From Escherichia phage 11W: DNA of 31,564 bases. Both the position numbers and the translations under genes were made by a program. This document shows positions 18,939 through 27,169 of this stretch, one piece after another; the first letter of the stretch is position 1; every line of letters starts with the position of its first letter. The stretch lies in the sequence record NC_070902.1; one strand, 5' to 3'. Under the pieces are notes generated by a model. It saw only the letters and a list, made by a program, of their open reading frames with translations, ran no database searches and was not told the origin of the DNA.

Positions 18939-21379
18939 CAATGTAAAATTACAGGTATTGCTCAGGGCTGTTGACCAGGCATCCCGCCCGTTTAAATCCA
19001 TCCGCACAGCGAGCAAGTCGCTGTCGGGGGATATCCGGGAAACACAAAAATCACTGCGCGAGCTGAACGGTCACGCATCCCGTATTGAGGGATTTCGCAA
19101 GACCAGTGCGCAGCTCGCCGTGACTGGTCATGCACTTGAAAAGGCACGGCAGGAAGCCGAAGCCCTTGCCACACAGTTTAAAAACACCGAACGTCCAACC
19201 CGTGCTCAGGCGAAAGTGCTGGAATCCGCAAAGCGAGCGGCGGAGGACTTACAGGCGAAATATAACCGCCTGACGGATTCCGTTAAACGCCAGCAGCGGG
19301 AACTGGCCGCTGTGGGAATTAATACCCGCAATCTTGCACATGATGAGCAGGGACTGAAAAACCGTATCAGTGAAACCACCGCACAGCTTAACCGTCAGCG
19401 CGACGCGCTGGCGCGTGTCAGTGCGCAACAGGCAAAACTTAACGCAGTCAAACAGCGTTATCAGGCCGGAAAGGAACTGGCCGGAAATATGGCCTCAGTA
19501 GGCGCTGCCGGTGTGGGGATTGCGGCGGCGGGAACGATGGCCGGAGTTAAGTTGCTGATGCCCGGTTATGAGTTTGCGCAGAAAAACTCAGAATTGCAGG
19601 CCGTGCTCGGAGTGGCAAAAGACTCCGCCGAAATGACCGCACTACGCAAACAGGCGCGCCAGCTCGGCGACAATACCGCCGCCTCGGCGGATGATGCGGC
19701 CGGTGCACAGATAATCATCGCGAAAGCGGGTGGGGATGCTGCGGCTATTCAGGCGGCAACGCCGGTCACGCTGAATATGGCACTGGCGAATCAGCGGTCG
19801 ATGGAAGAAAACGCGCAACTGTTGCTGGGGACTAAGGCATCCTTTCAACTGTCAAATGATGATGTCAGCCATGTGGGCGACGTGTTGTCAGCAACGATGA
19901 ATAAGTCGGCGGCTGATTTTCAGGGACTCAGTGATGCACTGACTTACCTCGGTCCGGTTGCGAGGACGGCAGGTGTAAGTCTTGAGCAGGCAGCGGCCAT
20001 GACAGGTGTGCTGCATGACAATAACATCAGGGGGTCAATGGCGGGTACGGGTAGTAGTGCCGTTGTCACCCGATTACAGGCTCCGACAGGGAAAGCATGG
20101 GAAGCACTAAAAGAGCTTGGCGTTAAAACCTCGGACAAAAAGGGAAATATGCGTCCGTTGTTCACCATTCTGAAAGAGATTCAGGTCAGCTTTGATAAAC
20201 ACAAGCTGGGAACGTCTCAGAAGGGGGAATACCTTAAAACCATTTTTGGTGAGGAAGCCCTGAAATCAGNCGAACGTTTTACTGGCAGCGGCTGCAAGCG
20301 GAAAACTGGATAAGCTGACCGCCACGCTGAAAGCCTCGGACGGTAAAACGGAAGAGCTGGTTAAAATCATGCAGGACAACCTCGGCGGTGACTTTAAGGA
20401 GTTTCAGTCCGCTTATGAGGCGGTGGGGACTGACCTGTTTGACCAGCAGGAAGGCGCACTGCGTAATCTCACGCAGACGGCCACAAAGTATGTGTTAAAA
20501 CTCGACGGCTGGATCCAGAAAAACAAATCACTGGCGTCAACCATCGGCATCATTGTCGGTGGTGCACTGGCGCTGACTGGTGTCATCGGTGCCATTGGCC
20601 TCGTAGCCTGGCCGGTTATCACCGGCATCAATGCCATTATCGCGGCAGCAGGCGCAATGGGGGCAATCTTCACGACGGTTGGCAGTGCTGTTATGACGGC
20701 CATCGGGGCGATTAGCTGGCCGGTTGTGGCCGTGGTGGCTGCAATTGTCGCCGGGGCGTTGCTTATCCGTAAATACTGGGAGCCTGTCAGCGCATTCTTT
20801 GGCGGTGTGGTGGAAGGGCTGAAAGCGGCATTTGCGCCGGTGGGGGAACTGTTCGCGCCACTTAAGCCGGTGTTTGACTGGCTGGGTGAAAAGTTACAGG
20901 CCGCGTGGCAGTGGTTTAAAAACCTGATTGCCCCCGTCAAAGCCACCCAGGACACCCTGAACCGTTGCCGTGATACGGGCGTCATGTTCGGGCAGGCACT
21001 GGCTGACGCGCTGATGCTGCCGCTTAATGCGTTCAACAAACTGCGCAGCGGCATTGACTGGGTACTGGAAAAACTCGGTGTTATCAACAAAGAGTCAGAC
21101 ACACTTGACCAGACCGCCGCCAGAACTCATGCCGCCACGTATGGCACCGGTGGTTATATTCCGGCGACCAGCTCTTATGCAGGCTATCAGGCTTATCAGC
21201 CGGTCACGGTACCGGCTGGTCGCTCTTATGTGGACCAGAGTAAAAACGAATATCACATCAGCCTGACGGGTGGTACTGCGCCGGGGACACAGCTTGACCG
21301 CCAGTTACAGGATGCGCTCGAAAAATACGAGCGGGATAAACGTGCGCGCGCCCGTGCCAGCATGATGCATGACGGTTAA
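18931..21379 (+). CDS. T: Tail tape measure protein (P2 gpT); apparent frameshift at an ambiguous base
   Basis: Two ORFs (18931..20313, 460 aa; 20369..21379, 336 aa) together approximate P2 T. The frame changes next to the n at 20270. Span length is not a multiple of 3, consistent with a single-base error. Confidence 0.8.
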
Positions 21380-21393
21380 GGAGGTGACGAAAA

Positions 21394-21873
21394 ATGATGC
21401 TCGCGTTAGGTATGTTTGTTTTTATGCGCCAGACGCTGCCACACCAGACCATGCAGCGTGAATCAGATTATCGCTGGCCGTCAAATTCCCGTATCGGTAA
21501 ACGGGATGCCTACCAGTTTCTCGGTGTGGGTGAGGAAAACATGACGCTTGCCGGCGTGCTTTATCCCGAACTGACCGGCGGGAAGCTGACGATGACCACG
21601 CTCAGGCTGATGGCAGAGGAAGGCCGGGCGTGGCCGTTGCTGGATGGCACTGGCATGATTTACGGCATGTATATCGTCAGCAAGGTGAGTGAAACAGGGA
21701 GTATTTTCTTTGCAGACGGCACACCCCGGAAAATTGATTTTACGCTGTCACTCACCCGCGTTGATGAATCACTGGCCGCGCTTTATGGCGATATCGGTAA
21801 ACAGGCGGAATCGCTCATCGGTAAGGCTGGCAGTATGGCGACCAGATTCACGGGTATGACGGGGGCGGGATAA
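21394..21873 (+). CDS. U: Tail protein (P2 gpU)
   Basis: 159 aa, same as P2 U. AAGGAGG RBS. Confidence 0.9.
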   Translation: MMLALGMFVFMRQTLPHQTMQRESDYRWPSNSRIGKRDAYQFLGVGEENMTLAGVLYPELTGGKLTMTTLRLMAEEGRAWPLLDGTGMIYGMYIVSKVSETGSIFFADGTPRKIDFTLSLTRVDESLAALYGDIGKQAESLIGKAGSMATRFTGMTGAG

Positions 21874-23036
21874 TGCTGGATGCGCTGACATTTGATGCAG
21901 GCAGTACGCTGACGCCGGATTACATGCTGATGCTCGACAGCAGGGATATTACCGGCAATATCAGCGACCGTCTGATGAGCATGACCCTGACGGATAACCG
22001 GGGCTTTGAGGCTGACCAGCTTGATATTGAACTGAACGACGCCGACGGGCAGGTAGGGCTACCGGTTCGTGGCGCTGTCCTGACGGTGTATATCGGCTGG
22101 AAAGGTTTTGCCCTGGTATGCAAAGGGAAATTTACCGTTGATGAGGTTGAACACCGGGGCGCACCGGATGTGGTCACCATCCGCGCCCGGAGTGCAGATT
22201 TTCGCGGGACGCTCAATTCCCGCCGTGAAGGCTCCTGGCATGACACCACGCTCGGTGCGATTGTTGAGGCGATAGCCTCCCGTAACAGGCTGGAAGCCAG
22301 TGTCGCGCCGTCACTGGCAGGAATTAAAATCCCGCACATTGACCAGTCGCAGGAGTCTGATGCGAAATTCCTGACCCGTCTTGCAGAACGCAACGGCGGT
22401 GAGGTGTCGGTAAAAATGGGAAAACTGTTGTTTCTCAAAGCGGGGCAGGGCGTGACGGCCAGCGGTAAAAAAATCCCGCAGATTACCATCACCCGCAGCG
22501 ACGGCGACCGTCATCATTTTGCGATTGCTGACCGTGGAGCTTACACCGGCGTAACGGCAAAGTGGTTACACACCAAAGACCCGAAGCCGCAAAAGCAGAA
22601 GGTAAAACTGAAACGCAAAAAGAAAGAAAAACACCTGCGCGCACTGGAGCACCCGAAAGCGAAACCGGTCACGCAGAAGAAAGCGCCAAAAGTACCGGAA
22701 GCGCGCGAAGGTGAATACATGGCCGGTGAAGCTGACAACGTTTTTGCCCTGACTACGGTATATGCCACGAAAGCACAGGCCATGCGCGCCGCTCAGGCGA
22801 AGTGGGATAAACTGCAACGGGGCGTTGCGGAGTTCTCCATCAGCCTTGCCACTGGTCGTGCTGATATTTACACGGAAACACCGGTCAGAGTGTCAGGCTT
22901 TAAGCGCGTCATAGACGAGCAGGACTGGACAATCACTAAGGTGACACATTTTCTGAATAATAGCGGCTTCACGACGTCCTTGGAGCTTGAGGTCAGGCTT
23001 TCTGATGTGGAGTACGAAACAGAAGATGATGAGTAA
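21873..23036 (+). CDS. D: Tail protein (P2 gpD)
   Basis: 387 aa, same as P2 D. Overlaps the U stop. Confidence 0.9.
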   Translation: MLDALTFDAGSTLTPDYMLMLDSRDITGNISDRLMSMTLTDNRGFEADQLDIELNDADGQVGLPVRGAVLTVYIGWKGFALVCKGKFTVDEVEHRGAPDVVTIRARSADFRGTLNSRREGSWHDTTLGAIVEAIASRNRLEASVAPSLAGIKIPHIDQSQESDAKFLTRLAERNGGEVSVKMGKLLFLKAGQGVTASGKKIPQITITRSDGDRHHFAIADRGAYTGVTAKWLHTKDPKPQKQKVKLKRKKKEKHLRALEHPKAKPVTQKKAPKVPEAREGEYMAGEADNVFALTTVYATKAQAMRAAQAKWDKLQRGVAEFSISLATGRADIYTETPVRVSGFKRVIDEQDWTITKVTHFLNNSGFTTSLELEVRLSDVEYETEDDE

Positions 23037-23117
23037 TGTTTTTATTTTATCTGTTTGTTTTATAAGGATAAATTAACTAAAATGGCACCGTCAACAAAAC
23101 CGGAAGAGGTGCTCGCG

Positions 23118-23336
23118 ATGTTTCATTGTCCTTTATGCCAGCATGCCGCACATGCGCGTACAAGCCGCTATATCACTGACACGACAAAAGAGCGTTATCA
23201 CCAGTGTCAGAACGTGAATTGCAGCGCCACGTTCATCACTTATGAGTCGGTACAGCGATACATCGTGAAGCCGGGAGAAGTCCACGCCGTAAGACCGCAC
23301 CCGTTGCCGTCAGGGCAGCAAATTATGTGGATGTAA
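23118..23336 (+). CDS. ogr: Late gene transcriptional activator Ogr (Cys4 zinc finger)
   Basis: 72 aa from the ATG at 23118 (MFHCPLCQHAAHARTSRYITDTTKERYHQCQNVNC). C-x2-C-x22-C-x4-C spacing. Track ORF starts upstream at 23055. Confidence 0.92.
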   Translation: MFHCPLCQHAAHARTSRYITDTTKERYHQCQNVNCSATFITYESVQRYIVKPGEVHAVRPHPLPSGQQIMWM

Positions 23337-23350
23337 TTACAAACAGGAAG

Positions 23351-23374
23351 CCCCTCAGTCGAGGGGCTTTTTTG
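23351..23374 (+). terminator. Rho-independent terminator after ogr
   Basis: Stem gcccctc/gaggggc with loop agtc, followed by T6. Confidence 0.8.
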
Positions 23375-23551
23375 TCAATGTGGTCAATGTGTGGACGTGA
23401 CCAGAAATAAATCCTTTTATTTCACGTGATTAGATATCAAAAAATGTCACCAATAACTGACTTGGTAGCCCCCGCCGTAGCGGTATTTTCTGTTGTATTA
23501 CAATTAGTTAAATTACTCATATCGCTTCAATTGGCTCTAGTTAACTCTGGT
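23375..23551. other. attP: attP region (core not identified)
   Basis: Lies between ogr and the int 3' end, as in P2. Tandem gtcaatgtg x2 at 23375..23392 and tgtggacg at 23391..23398. I could not find the remembered P2 core sequence. Confidence 0.5.
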
Positions 23552-24547
23552 TTATGGACGCATTATGGACATTCCTGACACCGGGTTAAGAGTCACAGCA
23601 TCTTGTAAGAAATCCGGTGCAAAGTGTGCGTAGGTCATAGTTTGCTGAATGTTAGAATGACCCAGGATGCGCTGCAATGTGATTATGTTACCTCCATTCA
23701 TTATAAAATGTGTGGCAAATGTATGCCTCAAAACATGTACTGCTTGTCCGTCAGGTAAATCGGGTTTTACTTCCCTGAGAGCGTTACGCACTTTGTAGTA
23801 ACTGGCATTAAAAAGCCTGCCTGAATTTTTGGTCTTGATCCGTTTAATCAGGTCCTGCGAAACGGGAATTGTCCTGCGTTTTCCGTTTTTAGTTTTCATA
23901 AACGTAACCATCTGGTTAATGATGTGTTCAGCTTTTAAATTAGACACTTCACTCCAGCGTCCACCAGTAGAAAGGCAGACCAGAGTTGCATTTAATTCAT
24001 CACCATCAAGCATGGATAACAGCCGCGTAATCTCTTCACTGGACAAAAAAGCCATTTCCGTAACAGCTTCACGTAACCGTTTAATCTCACGGAACGGGTT
24101 GTGGGAGTGGTATTCACCGGCGTCAATTAACTTGGTGAACATCCCGCTCATTATTGCCAGATGTCGATTTACGCTGGCTGGTTTTAGACCATCGTTCATC
24201 ATTACAACGCGATAATCAGTTATCGTTTTCTTTGTTAGCTGGTCAGCTCTGGACACTCCCATTTCTGCAAATTTGGCGATTATTGTCGTTAAACGCCCCC
24301 GTTCAATATCTCCACGCTCATGTGATTTTCCGTGATATATCCACCATCTACCTAACAACTCTGTAAGAGTTCGGCGGTCGGCTGGTTTCTCCAACCACTC
24401 TTTGTTGTGGTAGTTAACCAATACATGACGTTCGAATGCCTGAGCTTCACCTTTAGTTTTAAATTTCCGCCTGATACGTTTTCCATCTGCACCCTGCGGT
24501 CTGACGTCCACTTCATAACGACCATCATCGAGCTTTTTAATAGACAT
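23552..24547 (-). CDS. int: Tyrosine integrase
   Basis: 331 aa. C-terminal catalytic region HVLRHTFATHFIMNGGNIITLQRILGHSNIQQTMTYAHF (R, H-x-x-R, Y). Confidence 0.93.
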   Translation of the reverse strand: MSIKKLDDGRYEVDVRPQGADGKRIRRKFKTKGEAQAFERHVLVNYHNKEWLEKPADRRTLTELLGRWWIYHGKSHERGDIERGRLTTIIAKFAEMGVSRADQLTKKTITDYRVVMMNDGLKPASVNRHLAIMSGMFTKLIDAGEYHSHNPFREIKRLREAVTEMAFLSSEEITRLLSMLDGDELNATLVCLSTGGRWSEVSNLKAEHIINQMVTFMKTKNGKRRTIPVSQDLIKRIKTKNSGRLFNASYYKVRNALREVKPDLPDGQAVHVLRHTFATHFIMNGGNIITLQRILGHSNIQQTMTYAHFAPDFLQDAVTLNPVSGMSIMRP

Positions 24548-24640
24548 AAAGCCCTCCGATGACGCTGTTTACTTCTACTACTTGAAAATTAATGCAATTT
24601 TCTTTCGTACATTTACTACACACATATGCTGAATAAATCG

Positions 24641-24940
24641 TCAGCCAGTCTTCTGGTCTGAGTGGTGCAAGGTTGTTGAGTCTTGCCCAATGTGTGCGAG
24701 AGCCGGGGCTATTTGTCCAGCTGCTGGATCTGTTTCATCAAACATGAACCAGTCACGATACTTGCGAAAGCGTGGATGCTTAAACAGCTTCATACCTGCT
24801 TCCATAGGCATTTTTGATTTTCCTGATTCATATCCATGATATGTGTAGTAATTAATTCCAATTAATTCAGCAAGTTCCTTAGTTTTAAGGCGTTCGGATT
24901 CACGGATGAGCTTTAGTTTCTCACTTTGTTCACTTGACAT
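24641..24940 (-). CDS. C: Immunity repressor C (P2 C-like, divergent N-terminal half)
   Basis: 99 aa from the ATG at 24940 (track ORF starts at a TTG at 24958). C-terminus GQIAPALAHIGQ...HSDQKTG resembles remembered P2 C; N-terminal half differs. Confidence 0.8.
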   Translation of the reverse strand: MSSEQSEKLKLIRESERLKTKELAELIGINYYTYHGYESGKSKMPMEAGMKLFKHPRFRKYRDWFMFDETDPAAGQIAPALAHIGQDSTTLHHSDQKTG

Positions 24941-25033
24941 AATTTTGCTAATCTCCAATTATATTGCTACTTGGCAATTTGTGATTCACTCAAAAAGGCT
25001 CTAGATGGCTCCAGTTGGTGAATCGCAAATCTT
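24941..25033. promoter_or_regulatory. Divergent Pc/Pe promoter-operator region of the lysis-lysogeny switch
   Basis: 93-bp gap between divergent C and cox. Direct-repeat-like elements tttgtgattcac and ttggtgaatcgc. Confidence 0.55.
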
Positions 25034-25405
25034 ATGGAGGATAGCAAAGTGACGACAAATGTAGAAATTTCTTGTCCAACTAGCGATGAGGCAAGTTTCG
25101 AAAATGAAGCCAAACGTAAAAGCATTCAGATTTCAGAGCGCCCATCTGATTTGCTGTCGAAAGAAGGTTTTGCTCTTTACATCGGTAAGACACCACGCGC
25201 GGTGGCTGAAATGGCTAAAGCAGGAAAGCTGCCAGCCTTCTACATGACAGACCCATTAAAACCAAGAGGGAAAGCTGAATTATGGATTAATCGCCGTGAG
25301 TGGGACAAGTACGCAGCCCAACTGGTTGATGAAGCTCCGACAGAATGGCATGACTGGAAAAATCGCATTAGTTACAGCAAATCAAGACATGGCCGTGCGG
25401 CTTAA
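25034..25405 (+). CDS. cox: Cox-like excisionase / early-promoter repressor (longer than P2 Cox)
   Basis: Resembles remembered P2 Cox in the stretch FALYIGKTPRAVAEMAKAGKLPAFYMTDP. 123 aa from the ATG; a GTG at 25049 has a better GGAGG RBS and gives 118 aa. Confidence 0.6.
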   Translation: MEDSKVTTNVEISCPTSDEASFENEAKRKSIQISERPSDLLSKEGFALYIGKTPRAVAEMAKAGKLPAFYMTDPLKPRGKAELWINRREWDKYAAQLVDEAPTEWHDWKNRISYSKSRHGRAA

Positions 25406-25415
25406 GGTGGAAAGT

Positions 25416-25586
25416 ATGAATGAGCCTCGTTGTATTGCTCAGTTACTGCGTAACGAAAGCCCCAGGGCGATTGACTTCACCATCACCCACGGTAAGGGGC
25501 GTAAGGGAATCATTATCCGCACCAAAAAACAGAGTCCGTTAAAAAAGGCTCTGACCTTTCTGAAAAGCCGGAGGGTATGGAAATGA
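25416..25586 (+). CDS. Small early hypothetical protein
   Basis: 56 aa from the ATG at 25416, preceded by AAGGTGG. Basic and K/R-rich. Track ORF (25296..) overlaps cox and is probably over-extended. Confidence 0.45.
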   Translation: MNEPRCIAQLLRNESPRAIDFTITHGKGRKGIIIRTKKQSPLKKALTFLKSRRVWK

Positions 25587-26083
25587 CAGTGATGACGCTC
25601 AATCTCGTTGAAAAACAGCCAGCAGCTATGCGCCGGATAATTGGTAAGCATCTTGCCGTTCCTCGCTGGCAGGATACATGTGATTATTATAATCAGATGA
25701 TGGAGCGCGAACGGCTAACAGTTTGCTTTCATGCGCAGTTAAAACAGCGTCACGCAACGATGCGTTTTGAAGAAATGAACGACGTCGAACGTGAACGACT
25801 GGTATGTGCAATTGATGAATTGCGTGGGGCATTCTCAAAACGTCGTCAGGTCGGTGCAAGTGAGTATGCATATATTAGTTTTTTAACAGTCAGTCAGCGT
25901 CGTACTTTATTTATGCATGCCGGATTGACTGAAAAAGAATTTAACCAGCCATACTGGCGAATTAATGAAGAGTCATGTTACTGGCGTGATGCTTTATTCC
26001 GTGCATTACGTGAATTATTCAGCCTGTTTGAGTATGCACCGACAATTCTGACGTCGGTAAAACCAGAGCAATATCTGCATTAA
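25583..26083 (+). CDS. B: Replication protein B (P2 gpB)
   Basis: 166 aa from the ATG at 25583 (MTVMTLNLVEKQPAAMRRIIGKHLAVPRWQDTCDYYNQMMERE), with GAGGG 7 nt upstream. Confidence 0.88.
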   Translation: MTVMTLNLVEKQPAAMRRIIGKHLAVPRWQDTCDYYNQMMERERLTVCFHAQLKQRHATMRFEEMNDVERERLVCAIDELRGAFSKRRQVGASEYAYISFLTVSQRRTLFMHAGLTEKEFNQPYWRINEESCYWRDALFRALRELFSLFEYAPTILTSVKPEQYLH

Positions 26084-26146
26084 GTAATTAACCAGAGTTT
26101 TTAACGCACTTAATCGTGCGGGGCTTCTTTTTGCCTGGAGAAAGTT

Positions 26147-26371
26147 ATGCATACAGTTTCTGAAAATCAGTGCGGTAAATACGCATTACTGCTGCAACAG
26201 GCCAGAACCGAAGCACAGGCCGACGCTGCGACGCGCTTTTCTTCTCATCTTGATGCCATGATTCGCCACATCACAAAGGCGGAGTTATCCCGCGTGGAGA
26301 TAGTCGAGCTGCTCAGTCAGGAGTCGGAAAAATTTCACAATATCGGATTGTCTCGCGGGGAGGTGCTTTGA
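26147..26371 (+). CDS. Early hypothetical protein (P2 orf80 position)
   Basis: 74 aa, GGAG RBS, stop overlaps the next start. Confidence 0.6.
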   Translation: MHTVSENQCGKYALLLQQARTEAQADAATRFSSHLDAMIRHITKAELSRVEIVELLSQESEKFHNIGLSRGEVL

Positions 26372-26673
26372 TGTCCTGTTCTCGTTCAGTTGTATTACTG
26401 AATAACGCCTTAAAAATCGCCGTTATGAAAAATGGCGATTTGTCTCTTATTCAACTTGGTCTTGATAAAGAAAAACGCGAAATAACTGAGTCTGTTATCG
26501 CGATTTATCAGAACGAATTAAACCTCCTGTCTGATGTGGTCAATTTGCTTGTTAAACGCGCTGTGTTTCACAAGCAAATCTCCTCCGTGGATGAACTGAC
26601 GAAATTAACGACAGAAATCGCCAGCTATTGCGCTGATGAATTTAAAAACCTTAACGACAAAAGGAACTGGTAA
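26371..26673 (+). CDS. Early hypothetical protein (P2 orf81 position)
   Basis: 100 aa from the ATG at 26371 (track starts at a TTG at 26368). Confidence 0.6.
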   Translation: MSCSRSVVLLNNALKIAVMKNGDLSLIQLGLDKEKREITESVIAIYQNELNLLSDVVNLLVKRAVFHKQISSVDELTKLTTEIASYCADEFKNLNDKRNW

Positions 26674-26897
26674 TGCCGGACAACGTAGATTTTATTCAGG
26701 CACAACAGGCTGAATTACTGGAGCGCCAGATTAACGCGGCAAGGGTAAAACATTGCGGTGCTTCTGCGATGGTTTGCGAAGAGTGTGACGCGCCAATACC
26801 TGCTGCCCGTCGTGCGGCTTATCCGTCAGCCACGCGTTGTGTTTCCTGTCAGTCAGTTTTTGAAGCAAAAAACAAACATTACCGGAGAACGGCATGA
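26673..26897 (+). CDS. DksA/TraR-type C4 zinc-finger protein (P2 orf82 position)
   Basis: 74 aa with CEEC-x17-CVSC: MVCEECDAPIPAARRAAYPSATRCVSCQ. Confidence 0.7.
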   Translation: MPDNVDFIQAQQAELLERQINAARVKHCGASAMVCEECDAPIPAARRAAYPSATRCVSCQSVFEAKNKHYRRTA

Positions 26898-27169
26898 GTA
26901 TTCGTATTGAAATTGGCGAACGTTATGTCGTTACCAGTGACAGCTTTCAGTTTATTCTCCACGAGAAAAAGAGAGCTGAAAGCGGTAAAAACGCCGGTCA
27001 GGAATGGCTGGCGGTGGTTGGTTATTACCCGAAATTAAGCCAGCTCGTTTCCGGCCTGATGCATCACGATATTCTGACCGGAAGCGCAAAGTCTTTTGCT
27101 GATTTAAACGCGCAGGTTGAGCAACTCAGCAAGCGTTGTTCAGAGGCTTTTGGCTCATATGGCCGTTAA
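26894..27169 (+). CDS. Early hypothetical protein (P2 orf83 position)
   Basis: 91 aa, overlaps the preceding stop and the A start. Confidence 0.6.
   Translation: MSIRIEIGERYVVTSDSFQFILHEKKRAESGKNAGQEWLAVVGYYPKLSQLVSGLMHHDILTGSAKSFADLNAQVEQLSKRCSEAFGSYGR

Noticed and set aside
20413-21102. 229-aa minus-strand ORF opposite the tape measure gene
   Set aside because: Antisense to T; low-complexity Ala/Thr/Pro-rich translation typical of reverse-frame reads.
21920-22492. 190-aa minus-strand ORF opposite D
   Set aside because: Antisense to D, which is P2-like and the right length.
25296-25415. N-terminal 40 residues of the 96-aa ORF overlapping the cox 3' end
   Set aside because: Overlaps cox out of frame. 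An internal ATG at 25416 with a good RBS gives a compact non-overlapping gene, so the extension is likely artefactual.
26084-26146. Weak hairpin after B (acgcac...gtgcg followed by a T-run) as a terminator
   Set aside because: Short stem, and B with the following genes is expected to be co-transcribed. Not convincing enough to report as a feature.
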